From an uncultured Myxococcales bacterium (lineage in GTDB: Bacteria > Myxococcota_A > UBA9042 > GCA-2863065): a stretch of DNA of 64,000 nucleotides. The stretch spans positions 17,789 to 81,788 of the forward strand of contig CAZJHX010000014.1 of NCBI GenBank assembly GCA_964545715.1, read 5' to 3'. Position numbers and translations under genes: made by a program. Below are positions 17,282-28,383 of this stretch, in pieces. The notes under the pieces are model-generated. The model worked only from the letters and a program-made list of their open reading frames with translations. It ran no database searches and was not told the DNA's origin. Position 1 is the first letter of the stretch. The number at the start of each line of letters is the position of its first letter.

Positions 17282-19105
17282 CTACTGTTTGATGACGAAT
17301 GCCTGAGTCGCGGCGTCCCACCCGACCCAGGCGCCGTCGTCCAGCTCGATCTCGAGGACGCCGTCCCCGTCCAGGTCCTGCTCGCTCAGCTCCGCGATGA
17401 AGCTGTACGAGCCCAAACCGACCGCGCCCGTGGGCACGACCGTGCGGATCTTGGGACGGCCTGCCACGGGGAAGACGCCGCGCTCGGTCCACAGGCCCTC
17501 CACCAGCGCCTGTACGCGGATTGGAGTCAGCTCTCGGTCGGCCAGGTCCCAGCGGCCGTCGCCCAGCACGTATTCGACCAGGTAGACGGCCTCACCGCTG
17601 GGCAGCGCCGTGCTCGTGCGGCCCCACACATAGGTCTGCTGGCTGCCGGTCAGCGGCAGGCCGTCCGACTCGCGCAGCACCTGCATGCCCCACAGCCCCA
17701 TGGCGCCCACATTGGAGGCAAAGCAGCCGTACCAGGCGTCGGCTTTTTCGTCGGTCCAGGTGGGCTCCACGTACAGCTGGTATTGCTTGCTGAGGCACAG
17801 ATCGACCGGCGCCGTCTGAGCAAAGTAGTTGAAGACGAGGACCTCCTGTCCGTCCATGACGCTGCGCGAGTCCGAGAAGCGATGGATGCAGCCGTCCATG
17901 ACGTCGGCCGGACGCGCCACCACAGCCGCCGGGTTGCCTGCCCACTGGGCGCCGTATGCGCTGAAAATAGTGGACGCAAAGCCGAAGTAGTTGGACCAGG
18001 CCAACGTGCGGGTCGCGGGGGCACCCGGCTGTGACGCCAGGACCGCCACAAAGCGGCTGACGTTACAGTTGTAGTCGGTGAAAGTGCCCACCGGAGCGCC
18101 CGCGACGATCGCCTGGCGCAGCACGCCGTCAGCGCCCTTGTGCGCCGCGTGGGAGCCGTAGTTGCGGCCGGAATGGAACCACTTGGGAGACGCCGGCTCG
18201 GCGACCGCGGCCACATCGAACTGCAGCGTGTTCAGCACAGCCAGGCTCGCAGTCGAGACCGTGTGAACCAGCGTGTGGAAGATCAGCGTGATGTCCTCGA
18301 ACCCGTCTCCGTCCAGATCCTGCAGCACGCCGCCGACCTCACGGAAGGCGGTCGGAGACGGGGTACCGGCCGCGGCCCCAAAGCCGGCACCGCAGCTGCT
18401 GGAGGTGCCCGGTTTAAAAACGCAGACGGTGCCCCAGGTCGGCGCGGGGCCGCCACCGTCACCGTATGAGGGCGCCAGAAACGGGTACAAAAGGCCATCG
18501 GGGCCTGATGGATGATCGACCCAGGCATGTGCGATGCCCGCCGGAGCCACCGCATTGGCCACGACCGCTGCAGCCTCGACATCCACCACCGCCAGCGCGG
18601 GCGGACCGGCGGGGCAATACACGGCCGAGACCTCATGCAGCGGTCCGCCGAGGTGGTCGCCGATGACGCGGAGGTGGGTGCCCACGACGTTGCCGCTGCA
18701 GCCGTTGGCCAGCGGCGACAACGGGACGCTCGTGACGGCCGTGACTGTGGAGTCAACCACCAGACAGGTCCCCGCGTCACAGGCGGCCACAGACAAGTCG
18801 GTGTCGGCGGTCCCATCCCCGTCCAGGTCGTAGGCATACGTCTTGGCGGGCGGCTCGGGGACGTCTTCGCTCAGCACGTCCGGAATCGGCACATCCTCCG
18901 GGCCCGGCACATCCGGATCCACGGCCACCGCAACATCAGCGATATCGGGCACATCCGGGGCAACCACGACCTCGGGCAGAGCCGGCACATCCACGGCGAT
19001 CATCACGTCTGGGGCAGCCTCCGCGGCATCCGAGTCCGCCGTGCTCTGCTTCGTGGCGGACGACGGGCAGCCGACCAGGAGCAGCGCCAGAACCCACCGC
19101 CTCAA
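17282..19105 (-). CDS. Secreted lipoprotein with FG-GAP/VCBS-like DLDGDG repeats
   Basis: MRRWVLALLLVGC lipobox. An N-terminal (D/E)VP-rich linker. Motifs DLDGDGTAD, DLDGDGFEDI and DLDGDGVLEI. Confidence 0.7.
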   Translation of the reverse strand: MRRWVLALLLVGCPSSATKQSTADSDAAEAAPDVMIAVDVPALPEVVVAPDVPDIADVAVAVDPDVPGPEDVPIPDVLSEDVPEPPAKTYAYDLDGDGTADTDLSVAACDAGTCLVVDSTVTAVTSVPLSPLANGCSGNVVGTHLRVIGDHLGGPLHEVSAVYCPAGPPALAVVDVEAAAVVANAVAPAGIAHAWVDHPSGPDGLLYPFLAPSYGDGGGPAPTWGTVCVFKPGTSSSCGAGFGAAAGTPSPTAFREVGGVLQDLDGDGFEDITLIFHTLVHTVSTASLAVLNTLQFDVAAVAEPASPKWFHSGRNYGSHAAHKGADGVLRQAIVAGAPVGTFTDYNCNVSRFVAVLASQPGAPATRTLAWSNYFGFASTIFSAYGAQWAGNPAAVVARPADVMDGCIHRFSDSRSVMDGQEVLVFNYFAQTAPVDLCLSKQYQLYVEPTWTDEKADAWYGCFASNVGAMGLWGMQVLRESDGLPLTGSQQTYVWGRTSTALPSGEAVYLVEYVLGDGRWDLADRELTPIRVQALVEGLWTERGVFPVAGRPKIRTVVPTGAVGLGSYSFIAELSEQDLDGDGVLEIELDDGAWVGWDAATQAFVIKQ

Positions 19106-22100
19106 AGCGGGTCGGCCATCAGCAGCGTGCCTTTCTTAGGCAGCGAGTACACGTTCTTGCCGGCGTCCACGCGCATGAGCACGCAGTTTTCCTGCTGAGG
19201 CGCGGTCGGCAGTGCCGCACCGGACGCCGACCACCAGGTGGCGCAGGGCATGGTCCCCGAGTGGGCCTCAGGGATCACGAACGACCCGTCAGACAGCGAC
19301 TGAACTCTCGCGTGACGGCGCCGATAGCCGTCGAACTGTTGGGTGACGCCGCCCACGTTCTGGTCGCTCAACAGCGCGCCGTCAGCACCGTAAAACGCGG
19401 CGCGCAGCGAGTTGTCGTTGGACCGCTCCCAGACCACGACAAAGCCGCCGGCGTCGTTCATGCCCAGCGTGTGGCTGTCGTACCAGCTGCTGTTGCTCTT
19501 GTCGCTGGGCACCACGATGACCATGTTGGGGTCCACGGCCTCCCCCGTCGCCGAGAAGCGCTGAAACAGCACCGGGCCACTGGCGTGATTCTGACAGCTG
19601 ACGACCAGCTCGCCAGTGGTCTCACGCATGGCCACCCGGATACCCCAGTCCTGACACTCGCTCTGCCCAAACGGCACCTTGCTGCCGACCTGCTTGCCGG
19701 TCTTGTCAAAGATGACCAGCTTGTTGTGGATCTGGCCCTCTTCGGTGTCTTTGGCGACATACACCGCAGCGGTCTGTCCGGTGTCGCCCATCACGATGTC
19801 GAAGTACTCCGACGTGCCCAGCGTGGTCTTGATGCCCAGGTCCTGCACGTCGACCGGCCCACCCGCCACGTTGCACGCGCTGTCCAGCCAGAACAGGCGC
19901 CACGTCGAGGGATCCTGCCCGGTCCCCGAGGCGGGTCCCGACTCGAGATGCACGGCCAGGACGGACTCATGCGTCTTGTCCGCCCGAGAGACGTACACGC
20001 TGTTCCAGCCCTCCTTGTCCTGGGGCCCCATCTGCGCCACGGCAAACGGCGCCTTGGTCACGACACCGCCCGGCCCGAAGCACGCCGCCGCGATCTCGCC
20101 CTTCTTCACTTCCGCCACCGTCATGGAGCCGTCGTCAGCCACGTCGAAGCCCTCGGCCTGCAGCGGCAGGTCCATTTCAGGCTCCGGATCGGCCACACAC
20201 GGCGGCGCGCCCCCGCCAAAACACGGAAACGTCAGCTCATAAACCGATTTGTAGCCGGCGACATACACGCGACCGTTGGGGTGCAGCTGCATGCCGCGCG
20301 GGCTGTCACCCAGCGCGATCGTCTCGGTCAGCTGGCCTGTGCCGGCGTCGTGCCTGTGGAGGGCGCTGCCGCTGAGGTTGGAGACCAGCGCATCCCCGTT
20401 GGGCAGCGCCACCAGCCCCTCGACGGTGCCCTCAAAGTCGGCGACAGCGGCAAACGCCCCGCAGAGCTCCGCCCGAAAGACCGACGATGTCGTCACGGCC
20501 GTCCAGAACTTGCCGCCCGGTCCTACGCCGATGTTGAGGCTACCCGGATAGTCCTCGGTCAGCTTCTGCACAAAGGCGCCGTCGTCCGCCGCTAACTGAT
20601 AGACCCCAACGCCTTCGGGTCCGATGCCGGCCACACCGACGTCGCCGTTGGGCAGCTGCACCAGGGCCGACGCCTTCATGGTCGGGCTGCCGAACTGAAC
20701 CAGCGCCCCGCTCTTCAGCACCTTCACCAGCTTCTGCGCGGGCGCCATCCCCAGCGCCTGGCCATCGGCGGCCTCGGCCATGGAGATCTCGCCGCCGTTC
20801 AGCGACTCGCTCTCGTACAGCAGGGCGCCTGTCGCCGAAAGCCGGTACGCCGCCTCGGACCCGTCGTTGGGCACGACGCTGAACTCTCCGTTGGTGTGCC
20901 GATAGACCGCATCGATGTTCTTGATGGGCGACGGCACGTCGAACAGCTTCACGACAGCCGGCGACGCGGCGTAGTCAAACGACGCGCTGAGGGCGCCCAG
21001 ATCGTAGCCCTGAGCCGGCAGAACGGCCGGCGGCGCGGTCGGATCCGCGGCGTCGCACTCGATGCTGGGCGGCACGCACTCGCCGTCCTCGCAGATTCCG
21101 TCGCCGGGACACGGTCCGCCGTCCACGTTCGTGTACGCACACTGCTCGTCGCAGGAGTCCGCCGTGCACGGGTTGCCGTCGTCGCACTCCGCGTCGCTGT
21201 TGCACACGCACGGACCGTTCGCCTTGCACTGCCCGTCGACACACAGCCCGCCGCCCGTGCAGCCGTCGCCCGGCTCACAGACCGCGCCGTTGACCGGCGT
21301 GTGAAGCACCTCGCCGTCCACGCAGACATCGTCGGTGCACGGGTTGTTGTCGTCGACCCACAGCGGCGCACCGAGACACGCCTTTTGCCCCACCTCGGTC
21401 ACCTGGCAGGTGTCGTTGGAGGTGCACGGGTTGTTGTCGTTGCAGGAGCCCCCGTCCACGAACAGCGTCTGGGTGCATCCGGTCTTCTTGTTGCAGCTCC
21501 AGGTCCAGCACGGGTTGTTTTTTTGCTGCGCCGCGCAGGTCTCCAGCTCGCCGGTGTCCGAGCACGCCCCCTCTCCGTCACAGGCCTCCAGCGTGCAGAT
21601 GTCCGCGTCCGTGTCGCAGCTGACGCCGGCCGGCGTCAAAATCGGCACGCTGCACTCTCCGGTCGCGGGATCGCACTGCATGGCCTCTATGCACGACGAC
21701 TCAGGCGCCGGACACAGCGTGGCGGTCGCCTCATCGGGCACACACTCTCCAGCCGAACACACGGCGGCCCCAAAACAGCCGACTGAGCATGCCTCCCCGT
21801 CGACCAGGTCCGTGTAAACGCAGCCGGTCGCAGGCTCGCAGGCGCCGGTGCGACACCCGCTGTCGTCGTCGCATACCGCGCTCGCGCCGCCGACACAGAC
21901 GCCGTCCGCACAGACGTCGTCCACGGTGCAGGCGTTGTCGTCGTCACACGCGGCGCCGTCGGCGGCGGTCGAGCACGCCGTGGGGTCCGATCCGACATCG
22001 CCGCCCGCCACCTCGACCGGCGTCCCGCTGTCCGTCGCCGGCCCGCCGGCATCCTTGGGCCCACGCTCGGTGATGGTGGTCGTACAGGCGGCCAGAGTCA

Positions 22101-22125
22101 GCAATAACGCCGCGATTCGAAGCAT
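19102..22125 (-). CDS. Large secreted lipoprotein with myxobacterial-type Cys-rich repeats (C..DDN.CT.D.C) and a C-terminal beta-propeller-like region
   Basis: MLRIAALLLTLAAC lipobox. About 8 repeats such as CDDDNACTVDDVCADGVC and CNDNNPCTSNDTC. Start and stop overlap the neighbouring genes. Confidence 0.75.
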   Translation of the reverse strand: MLRIAALLLTLAACTTTITERGPKDAGGPATDSGTPVEVAGGDVGSDPTACSTAADGAACDDDNACTVDDVCADGVCVGGASAVCDDDSGCRTGACEPATGCVYTDLVDGEACSVGCFGAAVCSAGECVPDEATATLCPAPESSCIEAMQCDPATGECSVPILTPAGVSCDTDADICTLEACDGEGACSDTGELETCAAQQKNNPCWTWSCNKKTGCTQTLFVDGGSCNDNNPCTSNDTCQVTEVGQKACLGAPLWVDDNNPCTDDVCVDGEVLHTPVNGAVCEPGDGCTGGGLCVDGQCKANGPCVCNSDAECDDGNPCTADSCDEQCAYTNVDGGPCPGDGICEDGECVPPSIECDAADPTAPPAVLPAQGYDLGALSASFDYAASPAVVKLFDVPSPIKNIDAVYRHTNGEFSVVPNDGSEAAYRLSATGALLYESESLNGGEISMAEAADGQALGMAPAQKLVKVLKSGALVQFGSPTMKASALVQLPNGDVGVAGIGPEGVGVYQLAADDGAFVQKLTEDYPGSLNIGVGPGGKFWTAVTTSSVFRAELCGAFAAVADFEGTVEGLVALPNGDALVSNLSGSALHRHDAGTGQLTETIALGDSPRGMQLHPNGRVYVAGYKSVYELTFPCFGGGAPPCVADPEPEMDLPLQAEGFDVADDGSMTVAEVKKGEIAAACFGPGGVVTKAPFAVAQMGPQDKEGWNSVYVSRADKTHESVLAVHLESGPASGTGQDPSTWRLFWLDSACNVAGGPVDVQDLGIKTTLGTSEYFDIVMGDTGQTAAVYVAKDTEEGQIHNKLVIFDKTGKQVGSKVPFGQSECQDWGIRVAMRETTGELVVSCQNHASGPVLFQRFSATGEAVDPNMVIVVPSDKSNSSWYDSHTLGMNDAGGFVVVWERSNDNSLRAAFYGADGALLSDQNVGGVTQQFDGYRRRHARVQSLSDGSFVIPEAHSGTMPCATWWSASGAALPTAPQQENCVLMRVDAGKNVYSLPKKGTLLMADPL

Positions 22126-22156
22126 AGGTCCCTCTTGAAAACAGGGCGCTATTCTA

Positions 22157-22360
22157 TCAGTTTGCGTCGACGCTCGCCGCGGCGGTGGCCAGCATCGCCT
22201 TGGCTTTCGGATAGCCCAGCTCAGCCGCCATCTTGAAGAAGCGCACCGCGGTCTCCGCGCACTGGTCGACGCCGCGCCCCTCCCAGTAGTGAATGCCCAA
22301 CGCGTAGGTGTGCTCGCCGGGGTGCTCCAGGGGGCGCAGGTAGAAGGGATGTGCTGGCAT
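22157..22360 (-). CDS. Short Sel1-like repeat protein or gene remnant
   Basis: GIHYWEGRGVDQCAETAVRFFKMAAELGYPKAKAML resembles a single Sel1/TPR-like repeat. The start is uncertain (MPAHPFYL...). May be a fragment. Confidence 0.3.
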   Translation of the reverse strand: MPAHPFYLRPLEHPGEHTYALGIHYWEGRGVDQCAETAVRFFKMAAELGYPKAKAMLATAAASVDAN

Positions 22361-22471
22361 CGATTCGCTCCTCGTTGTGTTGCGGGTCACAGCACATGGA
22401 CGGACGAGCCGCGCGGGATTGATCGGCGTGGTGCAAATATGGTCTGCTACCGCCATACCTAACGGAGATCC

Positions 22472-24676
22472 TTGATGTTGTCTGACACAAAAATGTGTGC
22501 GATTGCGGCTGCCTTGAGCCTGGTATTTGGTTGCTCCACCGACTCCGGCAAATCAGGGAGCGGCGACGGGACCGGTCCGGCGGACACCGGCGGCACCGGC
22601 GATACAGGCGCCACCACCGACACGACCGGCACCACAGACACGGGACCGGGGGACACCACCGATACGGGCCCCGGCGATACAACCGACACGGGACCGGGCG
22701 ACACCACCGACACCGGCCCTTCGGACACCACCGACACCGGGCCCGGCGACACGACTGATACCGGGCCTTCAGACACCACCGACACGGGCCCCGGCGACAC
22801 GGGCGACACGGGCGATACCGGCGGGCCGGGAGACTGCGTCGACAACGACGACTGCCCCGGGCAGGTGTGTCAGGTGCAGACCGGCTTGTGTGTGGAGTGC
22901 GTCTCCCAGGCGGACTGCGCCGACAGCCCCAACGGCTCCCAGTGCAACGACTTTTTGCAGTGCAGTCACGCGACGTCGTGCACCCACTTCGGGGAGTGTG
23001 CGGGCAACCCCAAGGGCGAGCTCTGCGTCTTCTTCGAAGAGCGGTGCGGCCAGTGCCGGACCACCTCGGATTGCGGGGAGGGCACGCACTGTAGTCTGGA
23101 CTTCGAGTGCGTACCGCTCACCGACGCCTATTGCGCCAAGATCGACGACGACGAGCCCTACGCCAAGGGCGTCGAGTGCGTCGAGTGCCTGAGCGACAGC
23201 CACTGCACCGGCAAATACTCGCCGCTGTGCAGCCCCAACAACCTCTGCGTGGAGTGTCTGACCAACAACGACTGCGACGATCCCGACCAGGGCATCTGCA
23301 ACGCCAACTACAGCTGCGGGGAGTGCAAGGTGGACAGCGACTGCCCCGACGACGAGCCGCAGTGCACGAGCTACGGCAGCTGCAAGGCGTGTGACTCCAA
23401 CGAGTGCCCGGGCTCGACGCCGTACTGCAACTACGACGACAAATGCGTGGAGTGCAAGTTTGACAAACAGTGCAACCCGGACGCGGACGAGTACTGCTAT
23501 GAGGGCTCCTGCCAGTTCGAGGCGACAGGCTGCAGCAGCGACGGTGACTGCGAGGATCACGCCGAGCTGACCCACTGCCACGAGACGCTGGGCAAGTGCG
23601 TGGCATGCACGTCCAACTGGCACTGCAGCTGGGGGCTCTTCGGCTGGGGCGCCGACGCCTGCGATGCCCCGACGGGCAACTGTGTGGAGTGCGACGGCAA
23701 CTCGGATTGCATCGGCGAGGTCTGCGATGTGCCCAACAAGAAGTGCGTCGACTGCAACGACGACGACGACTGCGATGACGGCGAGGTCTGCAACACGGGC
23801 CACTACTGCACCGACGGGTGCAAGGACGACTCGTCGTGCACAGACGCCGACAAGCCGCTGTGCAGCAGCTGGGCGGAGTGCGTGGAGTGCAAGTCGACCA
23901 ACGACTGCACAGGCCCTGACGAGGTCTGCACCGACGGGGTCTGCAAGGCCTGTGAGGACGACTGGGAGTGCGAGGGCAACCCCAACGGCGGCTTCTGCAA
24001 CTTCGGCAAATGCTCGGAGACCGATCTCGGCGAGTGCGACGGCTGGGATCAATGCAACCTGAGCCAGGTCACCTATGTCTGCGGCAACTACGTGGACGGC
24101 TGCGACAGCACGTTCAGCTGTGGGGGCTGCAGCGGCGGCGGGGCCTGCGCCGACAAAGGACGCGACTGCGACTGCCCGATCGACCCGATGGACGACAAGG
24201 GCGCCAACAGCACCGCGTCCAGCGCCAGCGATCTGGGCAGCTTTGCTGACCAGCCCAACTCCGAGTTCGGGGTGGAGGCGCTCAGCATTCACAGCGACAC
24301 CGACGTCGACTGGTACACATTCCATGTCGACGACGACGGCTTCGATGGCAACCCCACCGTCTCCGCGTCGGTCTCGGTCGACAAGCCGAGCGCGGATCTC
24401 GACGACTACTCCCAGTACGAGGTCACGCTGTGGGTCAAGTGTGACGACGACGACGACAACAGCGGCAACCAATCCGTCTGTCTCAACGGCGACGCCTCGG
24501 CCGAGACCGAGTACGGCGTGGGGTGTCGCGACGACTGGTCGTCACCGTACGCGGTGTCGGCCCGCCTCAACTGCGCGTGGGCGCTGGACGACTCGGGGCA
24601 GGCGCTGATCCGCGTGCAGAAGACGCACCGCTACGGGCGCTGCGACAGCTACAACCTGTCGATCACCGTAGAGTAG
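22472..24676 (+). CDS. Secreted lipoprotein: tandem DTTDTGPG linker repeats, about 12 Cys-rich C..C......DC....C..C.EC modules, and a C-terminal pre-peptidase C-terminal (PPC)-like domain
   Basis: MMLSDTKMCAIAAALSLVFGCSTD lipobox. The C-terminus DLGSFADQPNSEFGVEALSIHSDTDVDWYTFHVDDDGFDG...YEVTLWVKCDDDDD matches the PPC domain pattern. Confidence 0.8.
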   Translation: MMLSDTKMCAIAAALSLVFGCSTDSGKSGSGDGTGPADTGGTGDTGATTDTTGTTDTGPGDTTDTGPGDTTDTGPGDTTDTGPSDTTDTGPGDTTDTGPSDTTDTGPGDTGDTGDTGGPGDCVDNDDCPGQVCQVQTGLCVECVSQADCADSPNGSQCNDFLQCSHATSCTHFGECAGNPKGELCVFFEERCGQCRTTSDCGEGTHCSLDFECVPLTDAYCAKIDDDEPYAKGVECVECLSDSHCTGKYSPLCSPNNLCVECLTNNDCDDPDQGICNANYSCGECKVDSDCPDDEPQCTSYGSCKACDSNECPGSTPYCNYDDKCVECKFDKQCNPDADEYCYEGSCQFEATGCSSDGDCEDHAELTHCHETLGKCVACTSNWHCSWGLFGWGADACDAPTGNCVECDGNSDCIGEVCDVPNKKCVDCNDDDDCDDGEVCNTGHYCTDGCKDDSSCTDADKPLCSSWAECVECKSTNDCTGPDEVCTDGVCKACEDDWECEGNPNGGFCNFGKCSETDLGECDGWDQCNLSQVTYVCGNYVDGCDSTFSCGGCSGGGACADKGRDCDCPIDPMDDKGANSTASSASDLGSFADQPNSEFGVEALSIHSDTDVDWYTFHVDDDGFDGNPTVSASVSVDKPSADLDDYSQYEVTLWVKCDDDDDNSGNQSVCLNGDASAETEYGVGCRDDWSSPYAVSARLNCAWALDDSGQALIRVQKTHRYGRCDSYNLSITVE
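22590..22815 (+). repeat. Imperfect 24-bp tandem repeat (about 8 units) encoding (D/T)TTDTGP(G/S)
   Basis: Units such as gggaccgggcgacaccaccgacac / cggcccttcggacaccaccgacac are visible directly in the sequence, inside CDS 22472-24676. Confidence 0.8.
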
Positions 24677-25637
24677 CGTGCCAGCGGGCTGCGGTGTGGA
24701 TGATCGTCGCGAGATCGGACACCGACGGGACCCACCCCAACAGCTCGGCGGCCAGGTCAGCGTTGCCGGTGATCGACGCCGGATCCGCCGGGCGGCGTGG
24801 GCCGATGCGGATATCCATCGGCGTGTCGAATCGGGCAGCGACCGCCCGGGCGATCTCTCCGACCGTGGCGCCGGTGCTTGTGGCCAGGTTCATCACGCGC
24901 GTCGGCCCCCCGCTCCACAGGTAAGCAAACGCGCGCTCGTGTGCGCGTGCGAGATCGACGGTGTGTACGTAGTCACGCAGCGCGGTGCCGTCGCGGGTGG
25001 GAAAGTCGTCGCCCAGCAGCGTAAACGGGCGCCCGCTCGCCGCCGCCAGAAACAGGTTCGGGATCAGATGCTTCTCGGGCACGTGGCGCTCACCGACCCG
25101 GCCGTCGGGATCGGCGCCTGCGGCGTTGAAGTACCGAAAGATCACGGTCGGAATCTCGTGCGCGCGTGATGCCGTGTGCAGCAGCCCCTCGGCGGCCAGC
25201 TTGGAGATCCCGTAGTCGTTGTGGGGCTGCGTGGGCCGGTCCTCTTTGACCGGCCGGCCCCCGGCGTCGCCGTAAACCGCGCAGGTGGAGCTGAAGACGA
25301 TGGGCACCGAACCGGCTTCGCGCGAGGCCTCGATGACGCCCAGCGTGTTGTCCACGTTGCCGCGAAAGTGCGTATCGGGCTTGACGCTGGGATCCGGCAC
25401 GCAGGTCCGGCCGGCGCAGTGCAAAATGCCGTGCACGCGCTCGGATCGCAGGACGGCTCCCAGGGCAGCGCCGTCGCACACGTCCAGCTGCTCAAAGCGG
25501 TCGGCCAGGGCCGCAAACTCGCGGTGGCCGGTTGTCAGATCATCGGCCACGATCACGCGCCAGCCAAGCTCCTTGAAGTAGAGCACCGACTGACTGCCGA
25601 CGTAGCCGGCCCCCCCGGTTACGAGAATCGTCTTCAT
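24663..25637 (-). CDS. galE: UDP-glucose 4-epimerase
   Basis: TGGAGYVGS Rossmann motif, YGISK catalytic Y-x3-K, and full-length similarity pattern to GalE. Convergent with, and overlapping by 14 nt, the preceding lipoprotein gene. Confidence 0.9.
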   Translation of the reverse strand: MKTILVTGGAGYVGSQSVLYFKELGWRVIVADDLTTGHREFAALADRFEQLDVCDGAALGAVLRSERVHGILHCAGRTCVPDPSVKPDTHFRGNVDNTLGVIEASREAGSVPIVFSSTCAVYGDAGGRPVKEDRPTQPHNDYGISKLAAEGLLHTASRAHEIPTVIFRYFNAAGADPDGRVGERHVPEKHLIPNLFLAAASGRPFTLLGDDFPTRDGTALRDYVHTVDLARAHERAFAYLWSGGPTRVMNLATSTGATVGEIARAVAARFDTPMDIRIGPRRPADPASITGNADLAAELLGWVPSVSDLATIIHTAARWHATLR

Positions 25638-25643
25638 GAGGTG

Positions 25644-26252
25644 TTAGAAGCAGCCCTTGCGTAAGAAACGGGTGCGATACTGCATCACCTTGGACACATA
25701 GGAGAAGTTCTTGGGCAGGCGGCCACGCTTCTTGGCGCGGGATGGCGCGCGCGGACCCGAGTGATAGGCGGCGATGCCGTACGTCAGATCGCCCTTGAAA
25801 TAGTCGATATAGCGACGCAGCACGCGGGCGCCGCACTCCATGTTGCGGGCTGCGTCCGAGAGGTCACCGCACTTAAAGTACTTTCCGGTGCTGGGCATGA
25901 TCTGCATGAGCCCGGTCGCGCCAGAGCGCTTGTTGCGCGCGGTAGGTTTGAAGCGGCTCTCGACGCGCATGATCCCGATCAGCACACCCAGGTCCAGCTT
26001 GTGACGGCGCGCAGTGAATTTGGCGGCGTTGAGCAGCTGGGTGCAGCGGCCGGCCGCGCTGTCGGAGCTGACGTGGAGCTGGGCGGCGCGGGTCGGGGGC
26101 TCCGGAGCGTAACGAATCGGGGCCTCGGGACCACGCGGGGTGTAGCCCGGGTCCTGGCGCCCCGAAGTCAGCGTCGCACCACGACCGGGCGGACCGCAGG
26201 CCACAAGCGTGCACAAAGCTGCGATGGCGGCTGAGAAGCGAAGCACAAACAA
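25644..26252 (-). CDS. Lytic transglycosylase (SLT-domain) lipoprotein
   Basis: SLT motifs ESRF...GATGLMQIMPSTG...AYHSG. The probable TTG start at 26252 gives MFVLRFSAAIAALCTLVACGPPG (lipobox). The longer ORF-track frame is antisense to livK. Confidence 0.7.
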   Translation of the reverse strand: MFVLRFSAAIAALCTLVACGPPGRGATLTSGRQDPGYTPRGPEAPIRYAPEPPTRAAQLHVSSDSAAGRCTQLLNAAKFTARRHKLDLGVLIGIMRVESRFKPTARNKRSGATGLMQIMPSTGKYFKCGDLSDAARNMECGARVLRRYIDYFKGDLTYGIAAYHSGPRAPSRAKKRGRLPKNFSYVSKVMQYRTRFLRKGCF

Positions 26253-26324
26253 CAGACTACCGCCCGTCGCACATCCTTCAAAAATTGTGGTAGCTTCCGG
26301 CCGATTTTCACGGAGGGAGAAGCG

Positions 26325-27599
26325 ATGACTGTGCGGGTTTTGACAATTGCGGCGATGGCGTTGGCGTTGACGGCCACGGTGAGCTGTCGCGAGGCAAAGA
26401 AGCCGAACAAGCCGGAAGAGAAGAAGATCACCACCGAAGAGGGCAAAGAGGTCACGCTCAAGTTCGACAACGGGGTGAACGCCGAGACCAAGACGATCAC
26501 GGTCGGCGCCCTGAACGACGAGAGCGGCCCCGCGGCGGCCATCGGCAAGCCGTTTGCCCTGGGCAAGCGCGTGCTGGTCAAGCAGATCAACGCCGGCGAG
26601 GGCGGGCTGCTGCCGGCCGGGTGGAAGGTCGAGCTGGTCGAGAAGGACCACGGCTACAACCCGCAGAAGTCGGTGCAGGCCTACAAGCAGATCCAGGAGA
26701 GCGTGCTGTTTGTCGGCACCAGCTTCGGCACGCCGGCGACCCTGCCGCTGCGCAAAGACCTCAAGCGCGACCAGGTCATGGCCTTTCCGGCGTCGCTGTC
26801 GTCCAAGATGGCTGAGCACCAGTACACGCCGCCGCTGGGCGCGTCGTATACGTTGGAGGCGCGGCGCGCGATGGACTTCGCGGTCGAGAAGATGGGCGGC
26901 GCCGACAAGATCAAGGCCGGCATCGTCTACAACCAGGACGACTACGGCAAGGACGGCCTGGACGGCTGGGAGGCGCAGGCCAAGCTGCACGGCGTGGAGC
27001 TCGTCGGCAAGCACGCGGCGACGCCCGGTCAGAAGGACTTCACGGCCGCCATCGGCGCGCTCAAGGAGAAGGGCGCCAACGTCGTCCTGCTGACGGTGCT
27101 GCCCAGCGCGACCGGCCCCGTGCTCGGCACCGCCGCCAAGATGCAGTTCGGCCCGATGTGGATCGGCAACACCCCCACCTGGCTGGACCTGTTCTTCAGC
27201 CCCAAGGTCATCCCGCCCGTGCTCTTCGGCAACTACTACTGGGTGACCGGCATGCCGTACTGGGGCGAGAAGGTCCCCGGCATGGACGCGTTTCTGGCCG
27301 CGTTCAAGGCGCACGCCGGCGAGGGCGCGCGCCCGGACTTCTACACGCTGCTGTCCTACATCCAGGGGCTCTTCCAGGTCGAGGCCGCCAAGCGAGCGAT
27401 CGAGGCGGGCGACATCAGCCGCGCGGGGTACGCCAAGGCCGTGTCCACTATGAAGGCCTTCTCGGCCATGGGCGTCACGATCGACCTGTCCGTCACGCCG
27501 TACGTGACCAGCACCAAGACGCGGGTTCTAAAGCCCCTCATGGACAAAGGCACGTGGGAAGAGGTCGCGGCGAGCGCGGACCCCAAGTCGTCCAAGTAG
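26325..27599 (+). CDS. ABC transporter substrate-binding protein, Leu/Ile/Val-binding (LivK/Peripla_BP_6) family
   Basis: Signal peptide, then the typical LivK-family architecture (TIxVGALNDESGPAAAIGKPFALG...). Confidence 0.85.
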   Translation: MTVRVLTIAAMALALTATVSCREAKKPNKPEEKKITTEEGKEVTLKFDNGVNAETKTITVGALNDESGPAAAIGKPFALGKRVLVKQINAGEGGLLPAGWKVELVEKDHGYNPQKSVQAYKQIQESVLFVGTSFGTPATLPLRKDLKRDQVMAFPASLSSKMAEHQYTPPLGASYTLEARRAMDFAVEKMGGADKIKAGIVYNQDDYGKDGLDGWEAQAKLHGVELVGKHAATPGQKDFTAAIGALKEKGANVVLLTVLPSATGPVLGTAAKMQFGPMWIGNTPTWLDLFFSPKVIPPVLFGNYYWVTGMPYWGEKVPGMDAFLAAFKAHAGEGARPDFYTLLSYIQGLFQVEAAKRAIEAGDISRAGYAKAVSTMKAFSAMGVTIDLSVTPYVTSTKTRVLKPLMDKGTWEEVAASADPKSSK

Positions 27600-27600
27600 A

Positions 27601-28370
<770 letters not shown>

Positions 28371-28383
<13 letters not shown>

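Noticed and set aside
22157-22456. 99-aa ORF called as a full Sel1-repeat protein
   Set aside because: Only one Sel1-like repeat is recognisable. The N-terminal 30 residues look like non-coding read-through, so it was kept only as a low-confidence short gene or remnant.
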